Source: Escherichia phage Esco_phi_B-01. Taken from it: a stretch of DNA of 64,000 bases. Below the pieces are notes generated by a model that was not told where the DNA came from, did no database searches, and saw only the letters and a program-made list of their open reading frames with translations. Where the stretch lies: sequence record OP292222.1; one strand, 5' to 3'. This document shows positions 28,298-37,567 of this stretch, one piece after another. Each line of letters opens with the position of its first letter. Within the stretch, counting starts at the first letter, position 1. A program made the translations under genes and the position numbers.

Positions 28298-28667
28298 TTT
28301 CGTACTTAGTCGAGGGACTGAAGTAGATTCTTATATTGGTTGGCTGTTGGTTTCTTTAGCCTATTTTAAGTCAGCCCATTTGGAAACCAAAAGCTATGCA
28401 AGACACAAAGCATATGACTTCTATTATACAGAAGTTCAAGGACCACTAGACCAGTTCAGTGAACAGTATTTAGGATTTAGTGGCAAAGAATATAAAGCAT
28501 CACTACCATCTGCTTCAGAACTGCCTAAAGACCCCATAGATTTTCTTGATGAACTTATTAAAGCGTCTGATAAAATCTACAAAAATCTTCCTAAGGCCAT
28601 CCAATCGACTTTGGACGACATCACTGGTGTCTTTTACCAGACTAAGTATTTGTTAACGTTAGAATAA
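28281..28667 (+). CDS. hypothetical protein
   Basis: 128 aa overlapping rI stop. Confidence 0.5.
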   Translation: MMKFNDFVLSRGTEVDSYIGWLLVSLAYFKSAHLETKSYARHKAYDFYYTEVQGPLDQFSEQYLGFSGKEYKASLPSASELPKDPIDFLDELIKASDKIYKNLPKAIQSTLDDITGVFYQTKYLLTLE

Positions 28668-28672
28668 TCAAA

Positions 28673-28699
28673 GGTCTCACTTCGGTGGGACCTTTTTTC
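28673..28699 (+). terminator. rho-independent terminator
   Basis: GGTCTCAC-TTCG-GTGGGACC plus TTTTTT. Confidence 0.7.
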
Positions 28700-28707
28700 G
28701 TTTTAGT

Positions 28708-28760
28708 GTTTACATCCTCTAGGAACGTGATACTATAGACCTATCAACTAATGAGGAGAA
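28708..28760 (+). promoter_or_regulatory. PeSL early promoter cassette
   Basis: GTTTAC 28708-28713, TACTAT 28731-28736, CTATCAACTAATGAGGAG. Confidence 0.65.
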
Positions 28761-28764
28761 AGTT

Positions 28765-28947
28765 ATGTTAACTACCGAACAGATTGAGAAAATTATTAAA
28801 CTCGCCCAGCATATTGAAAACGCATCCAATGACCTAGCTGTTGAATATTGTGAAGGCTATTCATATTCCGGAATAGAGCAGTGTAAACGAGATTTGGCTA
28901 ACTCTAAAGCAGCCTTGGTTGAGTATCTTAATGAGTTGAAAGCATAA
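28765..28947 (+). CDS. hypothetical small protein
   Basis: 60 aa after PeSL. Confidence 0.45.
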   Translation: MLTTEQIEKIIKLAQHIENASNDLAVEYCEGYSYSGIEQCKRDLANSKAALVEYLNELKA

Positions 28948-29204
28948 TGGCTGTTGGATTTGCTAAGGACGGAGCTGAACAGCTCGAAATGGAAGCGGTC
29001 GTTCAGGCCGCTATAGTACACGCCCGTAAGCAAGTAGCAGTTGAACGTGAATCGGCTAAATATTGTTTTGATTGTGATGAAGAGATTCCTGAAGCACGAC
29101 GTCAAGCTATCAAAGGTGTGATATATTGTATAGGTTGTCAGTCAATGCATGATGAAATTTTTAAACGTGAGCCACGTAACTGTTGGCACAGGAGCATGAG
29201 ATGA
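28947..29204 (+). CDS. TraR/DksA-family C4 zinc finger protein
   Basis: CFDCDEEIPEARRQAIKGVIYCIGCQ: C-x2-C-x17-C-x2-C with the conserved IPEARR segment. Confidence 0.6.
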   Translation: MAVGFAKDGAEQLEMEAVVQAAIVHARKQVAVERESAKYCFDCDEEIPEARRQAIKGVIYCIGCQSMHDEIFKREPRNCWHRSMR

Positions 29205-29295
29205 TTTACTATCTTGAACCTTGGGCTTGGCTTACAATGCTTATTGGTCCAGTTTTAATGGGTTTATTCTTTTCATGGTTAGCGAGGAAACTGTA

Positions 29296-29493
29296 ATGTT
29301 ATACGACCCGAGTGGTAATTCTGAAGATGGTATTATTGTCCTTTTGGCAGATGTTGAAGAGTCTGACGATGACATCTTTGTTAAAGATTGGGAAGAAAAA
29401 GGCGGAATCACGCTCCAACAAGAAAATGATATGATTTGTCTGAATGCAAGCCAAGTCGAAGAACTTTATAGTATTTTAAAACATAACCGTTGA
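29296..29493 (+). CDS. hypothetical acidic protein
   Basis: ATG after GAGGAAACTGTA. Confidence 0.45.
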   Translation: MLYDPSGNSEDGIIVLLADVEESDDDIFVKDWEEKGGITLQQENDMICLNASQVEELYSILKHNR

Positions 29494-29503
29494 GGAACAG
29501 AAA

Positions 29504-30064
29504 ATGATTATTGAAACAACTGAATTGTTTGGTGAACTGACCGCTGAAGTAGTTGATAATGCAATTGTGCTTTCACAAGAAGACGATAAAATCGTACTAA
29601 CTATCCAAGATATTAAACCACTTTATGATTTAAAGGTTTTGGATAAAGATGGGTATCTTGATGGACGCCATAGAGCATCGTTTGATATTAACGACGATGT
29701 ATGGGCCCAGATTTATAAAAATGAAGACGGATTTAATATCGAAACTGATACGGAATGTCTAAGCATTAGGAATTCTAGTAATTTCTTTAAATGTATTTTT
29801 AAACTGTTCCAGGAAGAATGCAAGCCTGAAGTTGAATGGAAAGTTCCAGGTCAAGATGCGGTGATTCGTTCTAGTGAAACATTTGAAGGTGATGAAGAAG
29901 AAATGGATTATGATACCGAACTAACCGTGTATCAACACCAGGGCCGTGATTTGCTATCCTTGGTCCAAAGACACGACGGTGAAAGTGAATTGGTATTTAC
30001 TAAAGACGAGCTAAAAGTTTTAGTCTCTTATCTGAACTCTGTTATCCCAACTATGAACTCTTAA
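29504..30064 (+). CDS. hypothetical acidic protein
   Basis: 186 aa; RBS GAGGAACAGAAA upstream. Confidence 0.5.
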   Translation: MIIETTELFGELTAEVVDNAIVLSQEDDKIVLTIQDIKPLYDLKVLDKDGYLDGRHRASFDINDDVWAQIYKNEDGFNIETDTECLSIRNSSNFFKCIFKLFQEECKPEVEWKVPGQDAVIRSSETFEGDEEEMDYDTELTVYQHQGRDLLSLVQRHDGESELVFTKDELKVLVSYLNSVIPTMNS

Positions 30065-30074
30065 GGAAAATATT

Positions 30075-30527
30075 ATGATTATCAATTCAAACTCTTGGCA
30101 CGTTAAATTACACGACCGTTTTTACGACCGTCATTCTCGACCACACTCTTTGTGTGCTTATTTCTGGAAAATGGTTTGGGCTTGTTTTGCTTGTGCAGTT
30201 GTTGCAGGTAGTACGCTTTTTGGATTAACTGTTGCAGGAGCTGGTGTATTAGAGCATTTCTTTGTATTAAGTACTCCCGTTCTGTTGAGCCTCGGGTTTG
30301 TTTTAGGGTTGACTGCAATAGCTCTTATTATTGCGCTATCCATCGGTTTGGCATTCGGTGCGATGAATTTACACGCATGGTATGATGCCCGTAAAGAAGA
30401 AAAGGAATGGGAACGAATTAAAGCTAAACGTGAAGGAAAGGAAATTAAAGAAAATATAGTCGTCCAATACATTAAAGCTCGTAAATCTAAGATGTGTCCT
30501 GTAATTCACTTCGAGAACAAAGAATGA
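30075..30527 (+). CDS. hypothetical membrane protein
   Basis: 150 aa; three predicted TM helices. Confidence 0.5.
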   Translation: MIINSNSWHVKLHDRFYDRHSRPHSLCAYFWKMVWACFACAVVAGSTLFGLTVAGAGVLEHFFVLSTPVLLSLGFVLGLTAIALIIALSIGLAFGAMNLHAWYDARKEEKEWERIKAKREGKEIKENIVVQYIKARKSKMCPVIHFENKE

Positions 30528-31534
30528 GAACAGTTATGAAAGGCTACTTCGGTAGCCATCTTTATGGAACAAGTACTCCGGAATCCGATGTCGATTTTAA
30601 AGAAATCTTTGTTCCACATCCGCGTGATATTCTGTTAGGTACGGCAATGAACCATACCAACCTGAACACGAATAACACTGCTTCCAAAAACACTAAAGAT
30701 GATGTTGACCATGAGCTTTACAGCCTGAAATATTTCTTTAAACTGGCTGCTGAAGGCGAAACCGTTGCTCTGGATATGCTCCACACTCCACCTGAACTAG
30801 TGGTTAAATCTGATTTACCTGATGTATGGAAATTTATCCAAGATAACCGTTCACGTTTCTATACAACTAACATGAAAGCCTATTTAGGGTACGTCCGTAA
30901 GCAAGCTTCTAAATATGGTGTTAAGGGTTCTCGATTGGCTGCTCTGCGTGGTGTACTGGCAATTGTTAACCAGATTCCTGAACAGTGGGTCGATTATCAA
31001 GAAGGCATTCCAGATCGTTTACGTCGGACTAAGGTAGAAGATATCAAGCACAGGCTCCCTGAAAACGAGTTTTGCGAATGGGTATTTCATAACCATGAGA
31101 AAACAGGTCCTCAAACGTTCTATACTGTCCTCGGACGTAAGTACCAAACTACTTTGTCATTGGTCGAGCTTAAGCAATCTCTGAATAAACTCGATGCCGA
31201 ATATGGCGAACGTGCTCGTAAGGCTGAAGCCAATGAAGGTATTGACTGGAAAGCTCTGAGCCATGCTTATCGTGCCGGGTACCAATTGATGGAAATCTAC
31301 CAAACTGGTGACTTGGTATTCCCATTGCGTGAAGCCTCTATCATTAAGCTGATTAAAGCTGGTGAATTACCATTTAAAGAAGTTCAAGAACTTCTTGAAG
31401 ATACTGTCGATTTAGTTGAAGTTCTGGCCATCCAGGCAGCTAAGAATGGTATGCCTGCGAAGGTGGACATGAAGTTCTGGGACAAGTTCGTCGAAGAGGT
31501 GTACCTTGACAACCACAACTCTTATTACCGTTAA
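30524..31534 (+). CDS. predicted nucleotidyltransferase (Pol-beta superfamily); alternative start 30536
   Basis: N-terminal YFGSHLYGTSTPESDVDF fits hG[GS]...[DE]h[DE]h; followed by terminator and PeSL. Confidence 0.55.
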   Translation: MRTVMKGYFGSHLYGTSTPESDVDFKEIFVPHPRDILLGTAMNHTNLNTNNTASKNTKDDVDHELYSLKYFFKLAAEGETVALDMLHTPPELVVKSDLPDVWKFIQDNRSRFYTTNMKAYLGYVRKQASKYGVKGSRLAALRGVLAIVNQIPEQWVDYQEGIPDRLRRTKVEDIKHRLPENEFCEWVFHNHEKTGPQTFYTVLGRKYQTTLSLVELKQSLNKLDAEYGERARKAEANEGIDWKALSHAYRAGYQLMEIYQTGDLVFPLREASIIKLIKAGELPFKEVQELLEDTVDLVEVLAIQAAKNGMPAKVDMKFWDKFVEEVYLDNHNSYYR

Positions 31535-31542
31535 CTAAATTT

Positions 31543-31566
31543 AGGACCCTTCGGGGTCCTTTTTTG
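31543..31566 (+). terminator. rho-independent terminator
   Basis: GGACCC-TTCG-GGGTCC plus TTTTTT. Confidence 0.7.
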
Positions 31567-31584
31567 GGTTTAGTGCAAAAAAGA

Positions 31585-31640
31585 GTTTACACTCTCGTAG
31601 AGCATGTTATTATGGACCTATCAAATCTACTGAGTGAAAC
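31585..31640 (+). promoter_or_regulatory. PeSL-like early promoter
   Basis: GTTTAC 31585-31590, 17-nt spacer, TATTAT 31608-31613, CTATCAAATCTACTGAG. Confidence 0.55.
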
Positions 31641-31650
31641 GGAGAATATA

Positions 31651-32631
31651 ATGTTAACTATCAAAATCAACAAAGGTATCTATCGCGGTAATGAAATCTC
31701 TGGTACGTTCATGAGTTCAGGTAAAACCTGGTTCCCTAATAAAATTCATGAATCCGAAGCTCATCTCGGTGATGGCAAGGTATTTGTACAGATTGATGGT
31801 GTTGAACGTGGTGTGTGGGTGTTCAAATGCGACATCGAAATGGAAGGTGCTGAAGCTCATGCAATGGTTACTGAATCCTCTGAAGAAATGAAACATCGCA
31901 TCAACAAACGTTTTAAAGTAATGAACATGATGACTAACGGAATCATCGATGGTAAAATTCGTTCCCTTATCATCTCTGGTGCCGCAGGTATTGGTAAAAC
32001 GTATTCTTTGGATAAAGCATTACAAAATGCCCACGAAAATGAAACTATCGAATATAAATCAATCAACGGAAAGATTAGTGGAATCGGTCTTTACGAGCAG
32101 CTTTGGAATAACCGCGGCCCTAATAGTGTTCTTCTTATTGATGATGTTGATGTATTCTCTGACATGGATATCCTGAACCTTCTGAAAGCCGCATTGGATA
32201 CCGGTGAGAAACGTAAGGTGTGCTGGAGCACTTCAAGTTCTTATCTCGATGATAAAAATATCGATAAAGAATTCGAATACGAAGGCACCATCGTGTTCAT
32301 CACCAACGTTGATATTGACCGTGAATTAGAGCGTGGAACTAAACTTGCTCCACACCTCCAAGCTTTAGTATCTCGTTCAGTTTACTTAGACCTCGGAGTT
32401 CACTCGAATGAAGAGATTATGGTTCGTGTTGAAGACGTTATCCTGTCCACTGATATGATGCAAAACCGAGGTCTGACTGATGCTGAGACTTATCAAGCTC
32501 TAGCATGGATGAAGGCCAATGTATCTCGTCTTCGTAACGTATCATTACGCACGGCTCTTTACCTGGCGGACTTCATTGCCACCGATAAAAATGACTGGAG
32601 CGAAATCGCTGAAGTTACACTTCTGAAATAA
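31651..32631 (+). CDS. AAA-type P-loop ATPase (hypothetical)
   Basis: Walker A GAAGIGKT, Walker B VLLIDDVD; ATG after GGAGAATATA. Confidence 0.6.
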   Translation: MLTIKINKGIYRGNEISGTFMSSGKTWFPNKIHESEAHLGDGKVFVQIDGVERGVWVFKCDIEMEGAEAHAMVTESSEEMKHRINKRFKVMNMMTNGIIDGKIRSLIISGAAGIGKTYSLDKALQNAHENETIEYKSINGKISGIGLYEQLWNNRGPNSVLLIDDVDVFSDMDILNLLKAALDTGEKRKVCWSTSSSYLDDKNIDKEFEYEGTIVFITNVDIDRELERGTKLAPHLQALVSRSVYLDLGVHSNEEIMVRVEDVILSTDMMQNRGLTDAETYQALAWMKANVSRLRNVSLRTALYLADFIATDKNDWSEIAEVTLLK

Positions 32632-32641
32632 AGGTGAAATT

Positions 32642-32983
32642 ATGTTCGAACAATTTAGTTATGACCTTATAAAAGCAGAGTTGAAATACTCTAATGCCAT
32701 GAAACAGTCTATTGAAGACTATGATAATGAATTTAAACACCAATTCGCCGAGAAGGTTTACAAAACCGATTGTGAAGAAGGAGACTACAAGAGACTGGCC
32801 TTGGCCGCGAAGACCCAAGCCTTAATAAATCTAGACCGTAAGCAGGTTAAGTTGGCAGGCGACTTCAGAGATGAACTCTGCGCCATCAGGAACGAATACC
32901 TTATTCGTATTAAACACCAACGTAAAGAGAATACCCAATCCGCTTGGTTTAGTGGGCAAGCCGGTGAAAAAAGTTTTTATTAG
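32642..32983 (+). CDS. hypothetical protein
   Basis: 113 aa. Confidence 0.5.
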   Translation: MFEQFSYDLIKAELKYSNAMKQSIEDYDNEFKHQFAEKVYKTDCEEGDYKRLALAAKTQALINLDRKQVKLAGDFRDELCAIRNEYLIRIKHQRKENTQSAWFSGQAGEKSFY

Positions 32984-32985
32984 TT

Positions 32986-33035
32986 GTTTACATCTCCAGT
33001 AGAAATGATACTATAGACATATCAACTACTGGAGG
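32986..33035 (+). promoter_or_regulatory. PeSL early promoter cassette
   Basis: GTTTAC 32986-32991, TACTAT 33009-33014; inverted repeat CTCCAGTAG/CTACTGGAG. Confidence 0.7.
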
Positions 33036-33040
33036 TTATC

Positions 33041-33565
33041 ATGAACGCTAAAGATATTTTTTCACTGATTAATTTTAACAATGGTAATTTCAAATCTGAA
33101 AAACAAAGCAAGTTCTTTAACGACGTTGCTTGTGGTAATGAGATTACCGTATCTGGAGGAGAGATTTACAAAAGCCGTTGGAACTGGATTGCTATCATCG
33201 ATTCAGTTGGTATTGTAGAGCTCTATAAAAACACCAACAAAAAACGTACTCTTCACTGGAGTCGTGAAACCAACCAAGCTTATCAAGCTGAGCGTAATAA
33301 ACGTTTAATGCCTACCGAATCTGACCTGGCAAACGTTAAATCAGATATCGCTTATTTTGATAATCTGATTGCCGAACAACAAGCGGTTATTGATAAGTTT
33401 GACGAAATCAAAGCTTGTAAAGAGATTCCTGAATTCATGCGGGAATCAGTAAACGAACAATACGCCCTCACTTCAGGTCGTATCGAGCAGTACAAATCAC
33501 AACGAGCTGAACGCCAAGCTCTGCTTCAGAAATTTGAAGAGCGTTTAAAGACGGTTCTCGCATAA
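33041..33565 (+). CDS. hypothetical protein with C-terminal coiled coil
   Basis: 174 aa. Confidence 0.5.
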   Translation: MNAKDIFSLINFNNGNFKSEKQSKFFNDVACGNEITVSGGEIYKSRWNWIAIIDSVGIVELYKNTNKKRTLHWSRETNQAYQAERNKRLMPTESDLANVKSDIAYFDNLIAEQQAVIDKFDEIKACKEIPEFMRESVNEQYALTSGRIEQYKSQRAERQALLQKFEERLKTVLA

Positions 33566-33628
33566 ACGCTTTATACCAAGGATGGTATAATGGTTCTAGG
33601 TTCTTAATTACTTACTGAGGAAATTATT

Positions 33629-34474
33629 ATGTCACAAGCAATTAATCAAATTCGTTCTGAAGTTAAAAAAGTTGTTAAATTTGGTCGTATTCCGAGTTCT
33701 AAAGAAGTGGTTGAAAAGGTCCTATATATGATGTGGGACAAGTTCAATGTTTGTACTGTTAAAGATGACTTCACTAAAATCTTTGACAAGACTAAAGGTT
33801 CGTTTACGTTAGAAGACCGAGTCATGAAAACTCTTCGTAAAACGGGTATGTTGTCTCGTGCTAATGCCAAAATTATTCTTAAAAATTATAACAAAGGCTA
33901 CGACCTTTATGGTCGTTTAATCCCGGCGATGACATTTGATGAAGTTGTTAAAGACCTTAATACTAATCAACGTCGTCTACTGGCCCTTGGTGCTCGCCTT
34001 GCAAAAGGTCAAGATAAACAAATGACCTTTAAGACTAACGGTTCAGGTGATTGGATTATCTTTAATATTGTTAATCATCCAAGAAATGAAAACGAGTATA
34101 CTATTTCCCATTACAGTGGGTGTCAATACGACAACTGGAAGTTCCATCTGCGCTTGGCCCTGTCTGAATTAGAACAACACGGTGTTCTTAGTTTTGGTGA
34201 TGCTGAAACTGGAGTAGGCCAACGTATTAAACTTTATAAAATTAAAGACCTGGCTGAAGAGCATTCAGAACAAGCTCCTAAAATGGAACCTGTACCAGTG
34301 CGCAGCAATGAGAAACATCAAGCCCAAATCGAGTATTTTAGCAATTTGCTTACTTGCTTGAATGTTACAATCCAACAACAAGATGATGAGATTTTCCGAC
34401 TCTCCGGTCTGAATGCCAAAGCTAAGGCTGAACGACAAAAATATATCGATATCTTAAATCTTCTTAAGGATTAA
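33629..34474 (+). CDS. hypothetical protein
   Basis: 281 aa; RBS TGAGGAAAT upstream. Confidence 0.5.
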   Translation: MSQAINQIRSEVKKVVKFGRIPSSKEVVEKVLYMMWDKFNVCTVKDDFTKIFDKTKGSFTLEDRVMKTLRKTGMLSRANAKIILKNYNKGYDLYGRLIPAMTFDEVVKDLNTNQRRLLALGARLAKGQDKQMTFKTNGSGDWIIFNIVNHPRNENEYTISHYSGCQYDNWKFHLRLALSELEQHGVLSFGDAETGVGQRIKLYKIKDLAEEHSEQAPKMEPVPVRSNEKHQAQIEYFSNLLTCLNVTIQQQDDEIFRLSGLNAKAKAERQKYIDILNLLKD

Positions 34475-34476
34475 TT

Positions 34477-34677
34477 ATGGAAATCGCAGGTTTTATTCTT
34501 CTGTACCTTGCATTAGGATTCATTACTGTTCTGATTGGCCGCAAACATATGGAAATTAGCTCAGGTAGCGAAGCAGTATTCGCTACCTTTATTTGGCCGG
34601 TGCTTGCTTTATTTGGAATAGTTTCTATTGTGACTTGGCCTTTCGCTAAATTCTATGAAAAATTATTTGGACTTTAA
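34477..34677 (+). CDS. small membrane protein
   Basis: 66 aa, two TM helices. Confidence 0.45.
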   Translation: MEIAGFILLYLALGFITVLIGRKHMEISSGSEAVFATFIWPVLALFGIVSIVTWPFAKFYEKLFGL

Positions 34678-34678
34678 T

Positions 34679-35548
34679 ATGAACATTAAAACACGTAAAG
34701 AATACTCTATATACGACCATGACACGACTCGTCGTATCGCTATCGATCGGCTGGCCGACTTTGGTCATATTTGTAATGGTAATTATACTTATGGTGTAGG
34801 CCGTAAAGGGACTTATATTAGTTCTTTGAATGATTATTGCCGTAGCCCAGCTCATTTATTTGGTGCAACACTACGAGCTAATATTAAAGACCTCTTGGCT
34901 ACTGCAGGACGTATTTCTACGGTTCCTGTTAATATAAAGAATATTAATTTTACGGCTCGTAACCTAGTCATTAATATTCTGCCTGATGGTATTCAAGTTC
35001 GTTTCCGTCCTACTTCAAAAGGTAATAAGGCTCTTCGTGAAGCATTCGAAACCTTATTCAGAGAAGCAATGACTCGTATTAAGGCCGTAGAATCATATAA
35101 AGTTACAACCGATGAATATGCTGATTGTTCTGGACGGGCTGATGCAGTGTATTTTAATGTTAAACTAACTCGTGAATATCTTTTGTCTTATGCCCCTTAT
35201 CAACCCCAACAAAAGGACCCACAAATGGAACGTCGTATCTCTGCAGTATCATGTGACAGCGTAGGCCAGTATGCAGCCTATGACAAATTCAAAACCACAG
35301 CTGTGCCTAGTCCATTCAATTCAGAACCGTATCATTGGAAAATTAGACCTGATAATTCTTTGGTTGTTACTAACCCTACGATGAAACCTATCGAGAAGTA
35401 TCATGAGGACCACCTCCAGGAATCAATCCACCGTTTAAACGGTCAGATCGAAGATGAGAAAAAGAGTATTCAAGACGTATTGATTCGCATCAAGAATATG
35501 GAAATCCAGCGTGACAAGCTTCGCGCGGCAGTATTAGCTCTAAAATAA
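34679..35548 (+). CDS. hypothetical protein
   Basis: ATG immediately after upstream stop (TAATATG). Confidence 0.5.
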   Translation: MNIKTRKEYSIYDHDTTRRIAIDRLADFGHICNGNYTYGVGRKGTYISSLNDYCRSPAHLFGATLRANIKDLLATAGRISTVPVNIKNINFTARNLVINILPDGIQVRFRPTSKGNKALREAFETLFREAMTRIKAVESYKVTTDEYADCSGRADAVYFNVKLTREYLLSYAPYQPQQKDPQMERRISAVSCDSVGQYAAYDKFKTTAVPSPFNSEPYHWKIRPDNSLVVTNPTMKPIEKYHEDHLQESIHRLNGQIEDEKKSIQDVLIRIKNMEIQRDKLRAAVLALK

Positions 35549-35549
35549 T

Positions 35550-35600
35550 GTTTACATCCAAGGACGGATGGAGTATAATCCTTTTATCAACTACTGAGGA
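35550..35600 (+). promoter_or_regulatory. PeSL-like early promoter
   Basis: GTTTAC 35550-35555, 18-nt spacer, TATAAT 35574-35579, then CTACTGAGGAG. Confidence 0.6.
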
Positions 35601-35607
35601 GAATATC

Positions 35608-36618
35608 ATGACTCGTACTGAATACATCAATGCCTTTACTAAGTATATCACTGACAATACCCCTCCATTAACCCCATATATGGTAATAGTTTCTAATATC
35701 AATAAATGGGTAGACCAAATTGATGATGCATTATCGCGCTGTTTCAAAGCTGAAATAGAAAAGATTGCAGGGCGTTTGTTTATTCCTGATATCGTAGATA
35801 CATTTAAAGGTTCTCGACTGCTTTCTCGACTGGTCAATAAGGACATCCTTTCTGAGTTCGGTAAAGAGAAATATCCGGGTTCTAACCATGTTGTTAGCTA
35901 CAAATGGTTTGGTGATACCATAAAAGATTATGTCAAAATTAAAGGTATGGACCCTAGTAGTTTATTTCCGCAACGTTGGGTTAGCGAATTCAAGGCTAAC
36001 TCTGCATTAATTCTCAAAGCGGCCTCTAAAACTATAGTTTCCGGTGATTGTCGTACTATTCACCCGATGGCTAATTGCATGATTAAAACAAATAGTTATA
36101 AAGGAAAAGCTATTATTTCTGTTATTTGGTCGCCTAATAGGAAACCTAAAGATGATGCGGAAGTTGTAAAGTATCAAGATATTGCTTACGATACCTTGAA
36201 TACTATCGAACAAGCCTTAGCTTTGATGGATACAGTAGAGAAATATGAGACCCAAGAAGTTAAACACCACTTAGGCTGGAAAGGATATGAAGTTTTAGTA
36301 ACAGTTCGCGAAATCAAATGGCCTGTTCCAAAAACTGACGCTGAAATTTACCAAGAAAAATGTGAGGAAATTGTGAATACTGATAAAGAGCCTGCTACAT
36401 TAGAAGACTTGATTAACGACTTGAACAGCCCTATCATGGCCCATACACCAATTACTAAATCCAAGTTACCGGAAATCGTTGCCTTAGAAAAAGCGTATAA
36501 AGATGCCCTTGCTATCAACAAAAAACTGACCGGACAATATACCGCTGCCAAGAAACTTTGGGAAGAGTCTACCAATCGTTTAGACCGTCTTGAACAGGCT
36601 CTGGAGCTGTTGAAATGA
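35608..36618 (+). CDS. hypothetical protein
   Basis: 336 aa from the ATG after GAGGAGAATATC. Confidence 0.5.
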   Translation: MTRTEYINAFTKYITDNTPPLTPYMVIVSNINKWVDQIDDALSRCFKAEIEKIAGRLFIPDIVDTFKGSRLLSRLVNKDILSEFGKEKYPGSNHVVSYKWFGDTIKDYVKIKGMDPSSLFPQRWVSEFKANSALILKAASKTIVSGDCRTIHPMANCMIKTNSYKGKAIISVIWSPNRKPKDDAEVVKYQDIAYDTLNTIEQALALMDTVEKYETQEVKHHLGWKGYEVLVTVREIKWPVPKTDAEIYQEKCEEIVNTDKEPATLEDLINDLNSPIMAHTPITKSKLPEIVALEKAYKDALAINKKLTGQYTAAKKLWEESTNRLDRLEQALELLK

Positions 36619-36926
36619 AACAGCGTTTAGCTGAAGATATTGCTTCAGCATCTAATACCGGTTTATTGAAATTTATTAAAGCCGAGGATGTTGAAGTTGA
36701 ATTGGTTGGTAAAATTCATGGTTGTGATGATTATGGTGATGCCGTTAATTGGGATGCAGTAATGGCTATGGTCGCACGACGAGAACAAGCTTCTAAGAAT
36801 GTTCCTAACTGTCCTAAGTGTGGCACAGAACAGGTTCAATTGGTCCATTGGCAAACCAGTAATCTTCGATATAAATGCCGCCATTGCAAACACAAATTTG
36901 AGCGAGACGAAAATGGCAAAGCGTAA
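36615..36926 (+). CDS. zinc-ribbon protein (hypothetical)
   Basis: CPKCGTEQ...CRHCKHKF C4 arrangement. Confidence 0.5.
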   Translation: MKQRLAEDIASASNTGLLKFIKAEDVEVELVGKIHGCDDYGDAVNWDAVMAMVARREQASKNVPNCPKCGTEQVQLVHWQTSNLRYKCRHCKHKFERDENGKA

Positions 36927-37149
36927 AGAATATGTAGAGGCTGCCGATAAGGCAGTCCGCGAACTTACTCTGGCTTATTATAAAGAGCATGGTAAATTTC
37001 CGGACAGTTATTCAGTATTGAAATCTGCTTTAACTCGTTCGTATAATAATATACTATCTGATGTGTATGATTTAAAATACGAACACCTAGAAAAATATGG
37101 AACAGAACTTGACCGTTCTGAAGCATTCAAACAAGTATTAGGAATTTAA
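36913..37149 (+). CDS. hypothetical protein
   Basis: internal ATG of track ORF 36799, overlapping upstream stop. Confidence 0.45.
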   Translation: MAKRKEYVEAADKAVRELTLAYYKEHGKFPDSYSVLKSALTRSYNNILSDVYDLKYEHLEKYGTELDRSEAFKQVLGI

Positions 37150-37150
37150 A

Positions 37151-37414
37151 ATGTTTAAAGTTTATGGGTACGATTCAAATATTCACCGTTGTGTTTTCTG
37201 TGATAATGCCAAACGTCTACTTGATGTTAAGAAGCAACCTTACGAATTCATTAACGTGATGCCGGAAAAAGGTGTATTTGATGATGAGAAGATTGCTGAA
37301 CTCTTGGCTGCTCTTGGACGTGAGTCTCAAGTAGGTTTGACCATGCCCCAGGTATTTGCTCCAGACGGAACTTCTATTGGCGGCTTTGACCAACTGCGAG
37401 CATATTTCAAATGA
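37151..37414 (+). CDS. nrdC: thioredoxin/glutaredoxin NrdC
   Basis: 87 aa; MFKVYGYDSNIHRCVFCDNAKRLL...GLTMPQVFAPDG closely matches T4 NrdC including the CxxC motif. Confidence 0.9.
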   Translation: MFKVYGYDSNIHRCVFCDNAKRLLDVKKQPYEFINVMPEKGVFDDEKIAELLAALGRESQVGLTMPQVFAPDGTSIGGFDQLRAYFK

Positions 37415-37567
37415 TTGAATTATCGTTGGGTGTTTTGTATCTTATCATCGGTATTGGTTATGCTAGACCCTAGCTAAATTAGATGATTCCGGTGACTTTT
37501 GTTGGTGGCTGACGTCTATGATTTGTTGGCCTTTATTTCTGGTTGGTGCTTCATTCTGGAACTTTAA

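Noticed and set aside
31564-31650. Upstream extension of the ATPase ORF across the PeSL promoter
   Set aside because: It would translate through the terminator and promoter; the ATG at 31651 follows GGAG at canonical spacing.
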